Shown here: one piece after another, positions 1-9,698 of the stretch
Position numbering within the stretch: the first letter of the stretch is position 1
Layout: each line of letters begins with the position of its first letter
Assembly: GCA_019428945.1 (NCBI GenBank)
Contig: JAHYJM010000005.1
Span: 1,562 to 65,561 of the forward strand
DNA from: Bacillota bacterium
GTDB lineage: Bacteria; Bacillota; Dethiobacteria; DTU022
Direction of reading: 5' to 3'
DNA: 64,000 nt
Notes under the pieces: model-generated
Told to the model about the DNA's origin: nothing
What the model saw: only the letters and a program-made list of their open reading frames with translations
Databases searched by the model: none
Program-made: the position numbers and the translations under genes

Positions 1-80
1 CGGTGAAATCCGGTACGGGCAAAGGTTTTTACAGCCGCTTCTAAAATAACCTGGTACTTATCACCAGTTCTTTTGGCCAT
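1..80 (-). CDS. TetR-family transcriptional regulator, N-terminal HTH fragment (5' end of a gene running off the window)
   Basis: The minus-strand reading from ATG (rev-comp of 78-80) gives MAKRTGDKYQVILEAAVKTFARTGFH, a typical TetR HTH N-terminus. The RBS GGGGAGGG is the rev-comp of 84-92. Confidence 0.55.
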   Translation of the reverse strand, partial: MAKRTGDKYQVILEAAVKTFARTGFH

Positions 81-100
81 AATATCCCTCCCCTAAAAAT

Positions 101-116
101 GAATGAATACTCATTC
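101..116. promoter_or_regulatory. Palindrome GAATGA-N4-TCATTC, about 20 bp upstream of the TetR start; candidate TetR operator
   Basis: Read directly: GAATGAATACTCATTC has 6-bp perfect inverted arms. It lies between the divergent tetR and tig upstream regions. Confidence 0.3.
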
Positions 117-252
117 GCTATTTATTGTATATTATTTTGAGATAATAATCAAGATCTGTCGCAATTTTTAATTCTGTTATTTTTCTCCTTAATTCTCTTA
201 TCATTCCCTGTTGTCTAGCTTATTTTTATATGTTAATATATATTTGCTCGTT

Positions 253-282
253 AACGCCTCTCGAAAAGGCGTTTTTATTATT
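253..282 (+). terminator. Hairpin AACGCCT-CTCGAAA-AGGCGTT followed by TTTATTATT, immediately 5' of a TTGACA -35-like hexamer (283-288)
   Basis: 7-bp perfect stem plus T-rich tract on the plus strand. It probably insulates tig from upstream plus-strand transcription. Confidence 0.35.
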
Positions 283-384
283 GACACTGAGGCCGCGCAC
301 AGCGATCTGACTTAAAGGTATTTAAGAGGCATTTCAAGGCGATAAAGAGGCGATAAAGAATAGAAGTGTAAGGAGAGGAACGTA

Positions 385-1863
385 ATGTTGAAAAGCAAGG
401 AAAATATTGAGAATAGTAAGGTTAAGCTGGAGATCGAGGTAGCTGCTCCCGATGTCGACACTGCCCTGGCAAAAGCTTACAGAAAAGTTGTTAAAAAAGT
501 TAATCTGCCCGGATTCCGCAAAGGCAAGATTCCCCGCCGCATACTGGAATCGCGTTTTGGTCCGGAAATTTTACATGAGGAAGCGCTTGAGCTCCTTGTT
601 CCTTCCGCTTATGATAAAGCATTGGAAGAAGCTGATATAGATCCGATCAACCACCCTGATTTTGAACTTGTTCAGATTGAGGGAGGAAAGCCTTTAATCT
701 TTCACGCAGTTGTTGAAGTGCTTCCCCCGGTTGAAGTTGGCGAGTATAAAGGACTCAAGGCAGAGCAGGAAGAAGTCGAACTTGATGAAATGCAGATCGA
801 GCATCACTTATTCATGCTTAGAGAACAGAATGCGCGTCTGGTTCCAAGGGAAGAAGGCCCGGTAAAAGAGGGCGACATAGTAATGATAGACTTCAAAGGT
901 TATGTAGATGGTGAACCTTTTGAAGGTGGCGAAGCTGAAAACTATTCGCTTGAAATTGGTTCAAAATCATTTATTCCCGGTTTTGAAGAACAGTTAATTG
1001 GTGCTCACCCCGAAGAAGATATTGAAGTTAAGCTTAAGTTCCCAGATAATTACCGCAAAGAAGATGTCGCCGGAAAAGATGCAATCTTTAAGGTTAAAGT
1101 CAACCAGATTAAGGAGAAAGAGCTTCCTGAACTTGATGATGAATTTGTCAAAGAAGTAAGCGAGTTTGAAACCATTGAAGATATGAAGGCTGATTTAAGA
1201 GTTAAGATGCTGAAAAATGCAGAAGACCAGTCCTTATCAAAGCTGGAAGAAGAGCTGATCGAAAAAGTTGCATCCTCATCAGCGGTTGAAACTCCGAAAG
1301 TTCTTGTAGACAGACAGATTGACAGAATGCTTGGCGACCTTGAAAGTTACCTTCGGTATCAGGGCATGGGTTTGGACCAGTTCATAGAGATGTCAGGTAA
1401 AACCAGGGAAGAATTGCGCGAAGACAGAAGGGAAGAGGCAGAGCAGCGAGCCAAGGCCAACCTGGTTCTCGATGCCATTGCTAAAAAAGAAGGAATTACT
1501 GTTGAAGATAGCGAAATAGAGGCCAAAATAGCTGAAATTGCTGAAAGTTATAATGATGACCCTGAAAGGATCAGGGATATTCTTGAGAAGCAGGGCCGGA
1601 TTCCGGTCATGATGGAAGAGATTCGCATCCGCAAAGTGATTGACCTTCTTGTCGGGAACGCAGAAATTAAGAAAGTTAAGCCGAATAAACCTGAAAAGGA
1701 CAGTAAGCCAAAGAAAGCAAAGTCTGCCAAAGCGCCGGATTCGAAGGCGGAGCCGAAGGAAGCAAAAAAAGCAAAAACAACCGCTAAACCAAAAAAAACA
1801 GCGGCAGCAAAGACAGAAGATAAAGAAAAGAAACAGGAAAAAAAGGGAAATAAAGATAGTTAA
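385..1863 (+). CDS. tig: Trigger factor (ribosome-associated chaperone/PPIase) with a ~65-aa Lys/Ala-rich C-terminal extension
   Basis: N-terminus MLKSKENIENSKVKLEIEV...GFRKGKIPRRILESRFG is canonical trigger factor. The conserved order tig-clpP-clpX-lon follows. The tail reads KPKKAKSAKAPDSKAEPKEAKKAKTTAKPKK.... Confidence 0.95.
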   Translation: MLKSKENIENSKVKLEIEVAAPDVDTALAKAYRKVVKKVNLPGFRKGKIPRRILESRFGPEILHEEALELLVPSAYDKALEEADIDPINHPDFELVQIEGGKPLIFHAVVEVLPPVEVGEYKGLKAEQEEVELDEMQIEHHLFMLREQNARLVPREEGPVKEGDIVMIDFKGYVDGEPFEGGEAENYSLEIGSKSFIPGFEEQLIGAHPEEDIEVKLKFPDNYRKEDVAGKDAIFKVKVNQIKEKELPELDDEFVKEVSEFETIEDMKADLRVKMLKNAEDQSLSKLEEELIEKVASSSAVETPKVLVDRQIDRMLGDLESYLRYQGMGLDQFIEMSGKTREELREDRREEAEQRAKANLVLDAIAKKEGITVEDSEIEAKIAEIAESYNDDPERIRDILEKQGRIPVMMEEIRIRKVIDLLVGNAEIKKVKPNKPEKDSKPKKAKSAKAPDSKAEPKEAKKAKTTAKPKKTAAAKTEDKEKKQEKKGNKDS

Positions 1864-1928
1864 AATGTGATATAATATTATAAGTAAGAATGATTACTAA
1901 TAATTGATTTATGTGGGGAGGTTTCAAT

Positions 1929-2516
1929 ATGAGTTTACTGGTTCCAATGGTTGTTGAACAGACTAGCCGTGGTGAAAGGGCTTATGATATATATTCCCGC
2001 TTGCTAAAGGATAGAATTATCTTTCTAGGCAGTGCGATAGATGATAATGTGGCCAATCTGGTGGTGGCCCAGATGCTTTTTCTCGAATCTGAGGATCCGA
2101 AAAAAGATATAAATATATATATAAACTCTCCCGGCGGCTCGGTCTATGCCGGTATGGCTATCCTGGATACAATGCGCTATGTTAAGCCGTCGATTTCGAC
2201 TATATGTGTCGGTCTTGCTGCAAGTTTTGGCGCGGTTTTGCTTTCTGCCGGTGAAAAAGGTAAGCGTTTTGCCCTGCCCAATTCACGCATAATGCTGCAC
2301 CAGCCCATGGGCGGCGCCCAGGGTCAGGCAGTGGATATAGAAATACACGCACGCGAGATTCTAAAAACCCGTGAGTCACTGAACCAGATATTAGCAGATA
2401 ATACCGGCCAGCCGGTGGAAACTATCGCGCACGATACAGACCGCGACTTTTTCATGTCGGCAGATGATGCTAAAAACTATGGATTAATTGATGAGATCCT
2501 GGTTAACAGACCCTAA
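1929..2516 (+). CDS. clpP: ATP-dependent Clp protease proteolytic subunit
   Basis: [34 protein letters not shown] matches the ClpP N-terminus. I prefer the internal ATG at 1929 (RBS GGGGAGG upstream) over the ORF-track start at 1911. Confidence 0.95.
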   Translation: MSLLVPMVVEQTSRGERAYDIYSRLLKDRIIFLGSAIDDNVANLVVAQMLFLESEDPKKDINIYINSPGGSVYAGMAILDTMRYVKPSISTICVGLAASFGAVLLSAGEKGKRFALPNSRIMLHQPMGGAQGQAVDIEIHAREILKTRESLNQILADNTGQPVETIAHDTDRDFFMSADDAKNYGLIDEILVNRP

Positions 2517-2542
2517 TAGCGGAGTTGAGGTGAGTTCTCCAA

Positions 2543-3802
2543 ATGTTTAAATTTAATGAAGAAAAAGGACAGCTTAAATGTTCATTTTGCGGAAAGAGCC
2601 AGGAACAGGTGCGCAAGCTTGTGGCCGGCCCGGGTGTTTATATCTGCGATGAGTGCATTGAACTGTGCAATGAGATTATCGAAGAGGAAATAGGCGATGA
2701 GACCGAACTAGGTAAGGTTGAGCTGCCTAAGCCCCAGGATATCAAAGATGTGCTCGATCAGTATGTAATCGGCCAGGATGACGCCAAAAAGAGTCTTTCT
2801 GTGGCTGTTTACAATCATTACAAGCGTGTAAACGCCGGTCTGAAGGTGGAAGATGTTGAACTGCAGAAAAGCAACATCGTTCTGATTGGACCGACCGGGG
2901 TCGGGAAAACCCTGCTGGCGCAGACTCTTGCCCGTATCCTTAATGTACCTTTTGCTATAGCCGACGCTACCTCGCTGACCGAGGCGGGCTATGTTGGTGA
3001 AGATGTTGAAAATATCCTGCTTAAACTGATCCAGGCAGCTGACTATGACCTTGAAAAGGCTGAGAAAGGCATTGTCTATATTGACGAGATCGACAAGATT
3101 GCCCGTAAAACCGACAACCCCTCCATCACCCGTGATGTTTCCGGTGAGGGAGTTCAGCAGGCGCTGCTTAAAATTCTGGAAGGAACAGTAGCGAGCGTTC
3201 CACCCCAGGGTGGACGAAAACATCCGCACCAGGAATTTATGCAGATCGATACAACAGATATACTCTTTATTTGCGGTGGTGCTTTTGATGGCCTGGAAAA
3301 AATTGTGCAGAACCGTATTGGCAAAAAAGGTATCGGTTTCGGTGCAGAAGTAGTTTCCCGCGATGACGGTAACCTGGGAGCTATATTGAAGCAGATCCTG
3401 CCCCAGGACCTGCTGAAGTATGGCCTTATCCCTGAATTTGTTGGACGTATACCGGTTATTGCCACCTTGGATCCACTTGACAGTGAAGCGTTCGTGCGCA
3501 TTCTCAAAGAACCGCGCAACGCTTTGATTAAACAGTATCAGAAAATCTTTGAAATCGATGGCGTTGCCCTTGAATTCAAAGATAACTGTTTGCAGGCAAT
3601 TGCCGAGGAAGCGATGAAAAGAAATACGGGGGCCAGGGGCTTGAGGGCTATCCTGGAAGAAACTCTGCTCGATGTTATGTTTGACCTGCCTTCAAGAGAT
3701 GATATCGAAAGGTGTGTTATTACCCGGGAAGTTGTTATAAATAAAGAAGCGCCAATGCTTGCAACCAGGGATAAACGTAAAAAGAAAGAAGAGTCTGCTT
3801 AA
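2543..3802 (+). CDS. clpX: ATP-dependent Clp protease ATP-binding subunit ClpX
   Basis: Zinc-finger CSFCGK...CDEC, Walker A GPTGVGKT, and the LGF-like IGFG motif. Position is after clpP. Confidence 0.95.
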   Translation: MFKFNEEKGQLKCSFCGKSQEQVRKLVAGPGVYICDECIELCNEIIEEEIGDETELGKVELPKPQDIKDVLDQYVIGQDDAKKSLSVAVYNHYKRVNAGLKVEDVELQKSNIVLIGPTGVGKTLLAQTLARILNVPFAIADATSLTEAGYVGEDVENILLKLIQAADYDLEKAEKGIVYIDEIDKIARKTDNPSITRDVSGEGVQQALLKILEGTVASVPPQGGRKHPHQEFMQIDTTDILFICGGAFDGLEKIVQNRIGKKGIGFGAEVVSRDDGNLGAILKQILPQDLLKYGLIPEFVGRIPVIATLDPLDSEAFVRILKEPRNALIKQYQKIFEIDGVALEFKDNCLQAIAEEAMKRNTGARGLRAILEETLLDVMFDLPSRDDIERCVITREVVINKEAPMLATRDKRKKKEESA

Positions 3803-3927
3803 AGAACATGTAGGACTGTAACAGGTTTTAAGGATAAGCAAAACAAGGGAATAGAAAAGCGGGGAGCGAATATTTCTTGTAAAAGGGGCTTCTCGCTTTA
3901 TTTTTAAAAGAAAGGTGGTTTACAGTC

Positions 3928-6342
3928 ATGACCGTTAAGAAAGAACGATTACCGGTTCTTCCTCTGAGAGGGGTGCTGGTTTTTCCAAATATGGTATTAC
4001 ATCTTGATGTGGGACGCGAGCGTTCAATTTCCGCTCTTGAACGGGCAATGATGAAAGATAACCGGATTCTGCTTATAACACAGAAGGATGCCAAGGTTGA
4101 TGAGCCTGCCAGGGAGGATATTCACGATGTCGGTTCGGTTGCCCGTGTCAAACAGATGATCAAATTGCCCGGCGGAACTATCCGGGTTCTGGTTGAAGGG
4201 TTGAACCGGGCCAGAATCAGCGAGTTAATTACCGAAGAACTTTTTCTCGAAGCAGAAGTTGAAGTAATCGAAGACGACGCGAAAAAAACTCCGGAAATTG
4301 AAGCCCTGATGCGCAATGTTCTATACCAGTTTGAACAATATATTAAAATCAGCCGCAAGGTTCCGCCTGAAACTCTGACTACTGTTTCAGATATCGAGGA
4401 GCCGGGTCGTTTTACCGATATTATTGCTTCACACCTGAGCATGAAAATTCAACAGAAGCAGGAGCTTCTGGAAGCAATCGATCCCCGAAAGCGGCTTGAA
4501 GTTCTAAACGATATACTCAGCCGGGAAATGGAGATCCTTGAAATCGAGCGGAAAATCAATCTGCGTGTCAGGAAGCAGATGGAAAAGACACAGAAAGAAT
4601 ATTATCTGCGAGAGCAGATGAAGGCTATCCAAAAGGAGCTTGGCGAAAAAGATGAAAGAATGGCTGAAGCTGAAGAATACAGGGAAAAAATAGCTGAAGC
4701 AAAGCTTCCTGAGGAAGTTGAAGAGAAGGCGATCAAGGAAGTCGAACGACTTGAAAAAATGCCTCCGGCCGCTGCGGAAGGTACTGTGATAAGGACATAT
4801 CTTGACTGGCTTCTTGATCTGCCCTGGTCGGTGGATACAGAAGACAGGCTTGATCTTGATATGGCTGAACAGATCCTAGATGAAGATCATTATGGCCTGG
4901 AAAAAGTTAAAGAACGGATCATTGAATACCTTGCTGTAAGGCAGCTGGCCGAAAAGCTGAAAGGGCCGATTCTCTGCCTGATTGGGCCGCCCGGTGTGGG
5001 TAAGACTTCACTGGCCAAATCAGTGGCCAGGGCGCTTGAGCGTAACTTTGTCCGTATCTCTCTCGGAGGTGTACGTGACGAAGCTGAAATCCGTGGTCAC
5101 CGCCGAACTTATATTGGCGCTCTGCCCGGCCGGATTATTCAGGGCATGCGCCAGGCAAAATCTAAGAATCCTGTTTTTCTTATGGATGAAATAGATAAGA
5201 TGTCGACCGATTTCAGGGGGGACCCTTCATCTGCGCTTCTCGAGGTTTTAGACCCCGAACAGAACAGCGCTTTCAGTGACCACTATATTGAAGTTCCCTT
5301 TGATCTTTCACAGGTAATGTTTATAACCACTGGGAATACAACCTACAATATACCCCAGCCGCTGCTTGACAGGATGGAGTTAATTCATATTCCCGGTTAC
5401 ACCGAGGAAGATAAGGTTCAAATTGCCAGGCAGTATCTTATTCCGAAACAGCTAAAAGAGCACGGTTTAACTGAGAAAAACCTTGAAATATCCGAAGGCA
5501 CTGTAAGACGAATTATCCGTGAGTATACACGGGAAGCAGGTGTGCGTAACCTCGAACGCAATATTTCCGCTATTTGTCGTAAGGTGGCCCGTGAGGTCGT
5601 AAAAGATCGCGAAAAGCATATCAGGCTGACTAAAAGCAACCTGCAAAAATATCTCGGCGTTCCCCGTTACCGTTTTGGGGCAGCTGAAAAAGAAAACGAA
5701 GTGGGCGTTGCCACAGGTTTGGCCTGGACAGAAAGCGGCGGAGACATCCTCTCGATTGAAGTGAGCCTGATGAAAGGTAAGGGGAAAATGATTCTTACCG
5801 GGCAGCTTGGTGATGTAATGCAGGAATCAGCCAAGGCCGCAATGAGTTATATCCGTTCAAGGGCCGAATCGCTGGGGCTTGGAGAAAGCTTCTACGAAGA
5901 TATCGATATTCATATTCATGTTCCCGAAGGGGCGATACCAAAAGATGGGCCTTCTGCCGGTATTGCCATGGCTACTGCTCTTGCTTCTGCATTGACCAAA
6001 GTACCAATCAGGAAAGATGTAACCATGACCGGTGAAATTACCCTGCGTGGGCGCGTATTGCCCATAGGCGGGGTTAAGGAAAAAATGCTGGCAGCGCACC
6101 GTGCCGGAATAAAGAACATATTGCTTCCGGCTGAAAACCGTCGTGACTTAAGCGATATCCCGGCAAATGTGCGTCGAAAAGTTGAGGTAACACTGGTAGA
6201 ACATATGGATGAAGTTCTCGATATGGCCCTGGTAGAACCGGTTTGTCGGACGAAAAACGGCAGCAAGCGTAAAAAACTCAGGGAAGACAATCTTAACCTG
6301 CCGGCTGACAAAGAAAACCGTGATTCAGCCTTTCAACACTAA
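3928..6342 (+). CDS. lon: ATP-dependent protease Lon (LonA)
   Basis: 804 aa. N-terminal LON domain, AAA+ GPPGVGKTS, and the C-terminal protease motif [11 protein letters not shown] with catalytic Ser. Confidence 0.95.
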   Translation: MTVKKERLPVLPLRGVLVFPNMVLHLDVGRERSISALERAMMKDNRILLITQKDAKVDEPAREDIHDVGSVARVKQMIKLPGGTIRVLVEGLNRARISELITEELFLEAEVEVIEDDAKKTPEIEALMRNVLYQFEQYIKISRKVPPETLTTVSDIEEPGRFTDIIASHLSMKIQQKQELLEAIDPRKRLEVLNDILSREMEILEIERKINLRVRKQMEKTQKEYYLREQMKAIQKELGEKDERMAEAEEYREKIAEAKLPEEVEEKAIKEVERLEKMPPAAAEGTVIRTYLDWLLDLPWSVDTEDRLDLDMAEQILDEDHYGLEKVKERIIEYLAVRQLAEKLKGPILCLIGPPGVGKTSLAKSVARALERNFVRISLGGVRDEAEIRGHRRTYIGALPGRIIQGMRQAKSKNPVFLMDEIDKMSTDFRGDPSSALLEVLDPEQNSAFSDHYIEVPFDLSQVMFITTGNTTYNIPQPLLDRMELIHIPGYTEEDKVQIARQYLIPKQLKEHGLTEKNLEISEGTVRRIIREYTREAGVRNLERNISAICRKVAREVVKDREKHIRLTKSNLQKYLGVPRYRFGAAEKENEVGVATGLAWTESGGDILSIEVSLMKGKGKMILTGQLGDVMQESAKAAMSYIRSRAESLGLGESFYEDIDIHIHVPEGAIPKDGPSAGIAMATALASALTKVPIRKDVTMTGEITLRGRVLPIGGVKEKMLAAHRAGIKNILLPAENRRDLSDIPANVRRKVEVTLVEHMDEVLDMALVEPVCRTKNGSKRKKLREDNLNLPADKENRDSAFQH

Positions 6343-6402
6343 TAAAAGCAGCTTGCAGAATTACGGATACATAAATCAGGATCAATAAAAACTCGCAATC
6401 AG

Positions 6403-6440
6403 GGGGCAAGCATTAACAGCCTCTGCCCCCTTTTTATTTT
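6403..6440 (+). terminator. Rho-independent terminator after lon
   Basis: GGGGGC...GCCCCC stem followed by TTTTTATTTT. Confidence 0.7.
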
Positions 6441-6460
6441 AATCTAACGGAGTTAATAAA

Positions 6461-7042
6461 TTGAAAATTAACAAAGCTGAACTTAAAACCTCTGCCTACA
6501 GCGAAAACGATTTTCCTCCTTGGGATATGCCCGAGGTTTCCTTTATCGGGCGCTCAAATGTTGGCAAATCATCACTCTTGAACACCCTGATTGGCCGTAA
6601 AAATTTGGCCAGGATCAGCTCAACTCCCGGTAAAACCAGGGGACTCTACTTCTATGCCTTGAATGATAAACTATGCTTTGTTGATCTCCCCGGTTACGGT
6701 TATGCTAAAGTATCGAAAAAAGAACGTGAACGCTGGGCGCCAATTATTGAAGATTATCTTGCAACCAGAAGCAATCTACGCGGGTGTTTACACCTCATTG
6801 ATTGCCGTCACCAACCGACAGAAGATGACCGTTTAATGTCGGAATGGCTCCGGGCTCATACAATACCAACTATAACTGTGGCAACAAAATCAGACAAGAT
6901 GTCCCGGAGCGTTATGCTCAGGCAGCTGAAGGTTATCCGCACAGGTCTGGGACTATTTGATGAAGATCTGCTGCTGCCCTTTTCTTCCCGTACAGGAGCA
7001 GGTCGCGATGATTTGTGGAAAGCAATAATGAATGTAATTTAG
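6461..7042 (+). CDS. engB: Ribosome-biogenesis GTP-binding protein YsxC/EngB
   Basis: G1 motif GRSNVGKSSLLN, DLPGYGYAKVSK. The order lon-engB is conserved in Firmicutes. Start is TTG. Confidence 0.9.
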   Translation: MKINKAELKTSAYSENDFPPWDMPEVSFIGRSNVGKSSLLNTLIGRKNLARISSTPGKTRGLYFYALNDKLCFVDLPGYGYAKVSKKERERWAPIIEDYLATRSNLRGCLHLIDCRHQPTEDDRLMSEWLRAHTIPTITVATKSDKMSRSVMLRQLKVIRTGLGLFDEDLLLPFSSRTGAGRDDLWKAIMNVI

Positions 7043-7049
7043 TTAAAGG

Positions 7050-7835
7050 GTGATAAATTTGCCGTTTGCGGGAATTGATGTCGGTTCGCTCACAGCAGAA
7101 GTGGTGATTGTAGAACAGGGCAAAATTGTTAACTATACAATATGTCCCACAGGTTCCAACAGCAGAAAAGCGGCTGAAACTGCAATGAAAGAAGCGCTGC
7201 TGGGGGCAGATCTGAGCCTTTCGGATCTGCAGTACATCATTGCTACCGGTTACGGGCGTATAAATATTGATTTTGCCGATAAACGGGTTACTGAAATTAC
7301 CTGCCATGGGCGGGGCGCGCACTTTTGGAATCCCGATGTACGCACTATTATTGATATAGGCGGTCAGGACAGCAAAGTGATCAGGTTAAATACTGACGGC
7401 AGGGTTGTAGATTTTGCCATGAATGATAAGTGTGCCGCCGGCACAGGCCGTTTTTTGGAAGTGATGGCACAGGCTCTTGAAGTAGAACTGACCGGTCTGG
7501 CGGAACTGAGCGGAAAAGCGGAAAATACAGTTTCGATCAGCAGCATGTGTACTGTATTCGCTGAATCAGAAGTTGTATCCCTTATTGCCCGGGGGTTACC
7601 TCGGGAAGATATCGCCCGAGGGTTGCATCAGTCTATAGCAGATCGCACAGCCGGCCTTGTTAAAAGAGTTGGTCTTGAAGAACTTGTGATGATGACCGGT
7701 GGTGTGGCACGGAACAGTGCTGTTGTAAGCGCTCTTAATGACAAGCTGAAAACCGTAATCATCATTCCTCCCGAACCACAAATAGCAGGAGCGCTTGGCG
7801 CAGCTCTTCTGGCCGAAGAAGAAATAAAAACCTGA
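7050..7835 (+). CDS. BadF/BadG/BcrA/BcrD-family ATPase, HgdC-type CoA-substrate-specific enzyme activase (ATP-dependent [4Fe-4S] electron-transfer protein)
   Basis: Acetate/sugar-kinase-fold motifs GIDVGS and IIDIGGQDSK. The two conserved bridging-cluster cysteines are present (MNDKCAAGTGRFLE, SSMCTVFAESEV). Start is GTG at 7050 or TTG at 7059. Confidence 0.8.
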   Translation: MINLPFAGIDVGSLTAEVVIVEQGKIVNYTICPTGSNSRKAAETAMKEALLGADLSLSDLQYIIATGYGRINIDFADKRVTEITCHGRGAHFWNPDVRTIIDIGGQDSKVIRLNTDGRVVDFAMNDKCAAGTGRFLEVMAQALEVELTGLAELSGKAENTVSISSMCTVFAESEVVSLIARGLPREDIARGLHQSIADRTAGLVKRVGLEELVMMTGGVARNSAVVSALNDKLKTVIIIPPEPQIAGALGAALLAEEEIKT

Positions 7836-7859
7836 AATCACAATAATATATTATAATTA

Positions 7860-8411
7860 TTAATTTAATATATGCCCCAGGCCGTTATGCTGCAGGCTTT
7901 TTTTGATCTGAGTGCTTAATGCGGCTGCCAGCAGAACTTTTAGCAGGTCAAAAGGAATAAAAGGCAGCACACCTACAAGTAAAACCTGCTTGATGCTGTA
8001 TTGCATTAAGAGGGCAAGCTGCAGGGAGCCAAAGAGATATATGAAAAATATTGCCGGCAGCAAAGAAACAGCATTAAGAACATAAGAGTTCTTATAATAT
8101 TTTTTCATTAACAGACCGGTTATCAGGACTGCAGGTATAAATCCCCAGAGATAACCGCCGGTTGGGCCTGTAAGCATGTATATGCCACCTCTGGCCATCG
8201 AAAAAACAGGCGCTCCGGCTGCGCCAAGCAACAGGTAGGCAATTATTGTTAAAATACCTGCCCTGGGGCCCAGTAGGGCTCCGGCAATTAGCACGCCTAC
8301 CACCTGACCGGTGAAGGGTACCGGGCTGAAGGGCAGGGGTATTGCCACCTGTGCCAGAACAGCAATCAAGGCGGTAAATAAAGCAGAAGCGGTTAATTTT
8401 GCTATAGGCAT
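7860..8411 (-). CDS. bioY: Biotin transporter BioY (ECF-type S component)
   Basis: 183 aa polytopic membrane protein with a BioY-like sequence (GQVVGVLIAGALLGPRAG...PTGGYLWGF). It follows birA directly in the same operon. Confidence 0.85.
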   Translation of the reverse strand: MPIAKLTASALFTALIAVLAQVAIPLPFSPVPFTGQVVGVLIAGALLGPRAGILTIIAYLLLGAAGAPVFSMARGGIYMLTGPTGGYLWGFIPAVLITGLLMKKYYKNSYVLNAVSLLPAIFFIYLFGSLQLALLMQYSIKQVLLVGVLPFIPFDLLKVLLAAALSTQIKKSLQHNGLGHILN

Positions 8412-9367
8412 CAGGTTATCTCCCCGAAATTTAGATAATGTGTTTTTCCGGTATTGTCCTCTATAATCAAAGCTCCCTTTTCACTTAGGTTAACTGCTCT
8501 TCCGGTAAGCGATCCTCCAGGTCGGCTTATTGTAACCTGCTGACCAAGTGTTGAACTAAAATATTTCCACTTTTTATAAAAAGGGGAGAAACCATTGCTG
8601 AAAAAGAGTTTATAGTCATTTACCAGCGCTTTATAAATCTCCACCAGCATGTAAGTGCGATTATGGCGCTTACCGCTCTCGATAAACAGTGAGGTTGCCC
8701 TTTCTTTCAGCTCTGTGGGGAAAGTATCAGTGTTCTGACTGATATTAAGCCCGATTCCGACGATGATATATTCAATGCGATCAGGTTCGCCCTTTAACTC
8801 CGTTAGAACGCCTCCAAACTTCTTCGAGTTTATTAAGAGATCATTCGGCCACTTAACCTGCACCTGCAGGTTATGTATTTCACGGAAATAAGCGGCAATA
8901 GAAACGGCCGTAACAAGGGTTACCGGGGTGACCTCTTCAGGGGTTATATGTTCGGGGCGGAGAATAATTGAAAACCAGATCCCGCTTTTAGGCGGGGAGA
9001 ACCAATGACGTCCGAGACGCCCACGACCTTGCAGCTGCTCTTCAGCTGCAATGACACTATATCCTGGCGCACCGGATTCAGCCAGGATACGTGCTTCACG
9101 GTTTGTTGAATCAACTGAGTGTTTGCAAATTATTCTGTTTTCTATCAGCAGCCTGCTGTCCAAAAAATCTGGTTCAGTATCAAGTCTGTAACCGCGGTTG
9201 GTGACAGAACTGATTTCGTAACCTTCTTCTCGTAACCGTTCGATCTGCTTCCAGATTGCTGCCCGGCTGGTATCTGTGTTTTTACTTAGATCTGTTCCAG
9301 AAATAAACTGCCCTTTACAATCTTTCAGTTGTTTTAATATTTTTTCCCTGCTGTTGTTTTTATTCAC
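8411..9367 (-). CDS. birA: Bifunctional biotin-[acetyl-CoA-carboxylase] ligase / biotin operon repressor BirA
   Basis: N-terminal winged HTH (ISGTDLSKNTDTSRAAIWKQIERLREEG), catalytic GRGRLGRHW motif, and a C-terminal SH3-like domain. Confidence 0.9.
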   Translation of the reverse strand: MNKNNSREKILKQLKDCKGQFISGTDLSKNTDTSRAAIWKQIERLREEGYEISSVTNRGYRLDTEPDFLDSRLLIENRIICKHSVDSTNREARILAESGAPGYSVIAAEEQLQGRGRLGRHWFSPPKSGIWFSIILRPEHITPEEVTPVTLVTAVSIAAYFREIHNLQVQVKWPNDLLINSKKFGGVLTELKGEPDRIEYIIVGIGLNISQNTDTFPTELKERATSLFIESGKRHNRTYMLVEIYKALVNDYKLFFSNGFSPFYKKWKYFSSTLGQQVTISRPGGSLTGRAVNLSEKGALIIEDNTGKTHYLNFGEIT

Positions 9368-9418
9368 TACTACCCCCGGATGATAACTTTTGATAGAATA
9401 TAAGCGAGAAATCAGTGA

Positions 9419-9451
9419 TTGTCAACCCCGAACATTAATTATGGTTGACAA
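9419..9451. promoter_or_regulatory. BirA operator (bioO): TTGTCAACC-N15-GGTTGACAA inverted repeat upstream of birA-bioY
   Basis: 9-bp perfect inverted repeat read directly from the sequence. Spacing and half-site resemble the Firmicute BirA box TGTTAACC-N14/15-GGTTAACA. It is ~50 bp upstream of the birA start. Confidence 0.6.
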
Positions 9452-9542
9452 TTAAAGATGGCATCCGGCAAATCAAGTAAAAACTTTTATACTTCATTAA
9501 ACTAGTATTGATTGCCGGCAGATTTGATCCTCACGGAGCCTA

Positions 9543-9574
9543 CAAAAAAAAGACGCGGTTTGCATAACCGCGTC
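9543..9574 (-). terminator. Strong hairpin GACGCGGTT-TGCAT-AACCGCGTC with a U8 tract on the minus strand, upstream of the birA operator
   Basis: 9-bp perfect stem; an A8 run precedes it on the plus strand, which gives U8 after the stem on the minus strand. It would block minus-strand read-through into birA. Confidence 0.35.
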
Positions 9575-9698
9575 CAGCAAATATATATAAAAAGAGGGGG
9601 TCAACTCACATTTATTATAAAGGCTTAACATTACAGGAATATTACAATCAGGTTTTTTTTTCATTACATTAATAAAATTTTAATGAGGGAGTAATAAA

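Noticed and set aside
1640-1870. 76-aa Lys/Arg-rich ORF overlapping the tig 3' end
   Set aside because: It is an alternative frame of the AAG/AAA-rich trigger-factor tail and a frame artefact. It has no RBS.
2708-3519. Minus-strand ORFs (173 aa, 121 aa) inside clpX
   Set aside because: They are antisense shadows of a strongly supported conserved gene.
3803-3927. Looked for a CtsR box or strong terminator between clpX and lon
   Set aside because: No GGTCAAA tandem heptads and no clean hairpin with T-tract. There is only a weak imperfect inverted repeat.
5857-6311. Minus-strand ORFs antisense to lon
   Set aside because: Shadow ORFs with no independent support.
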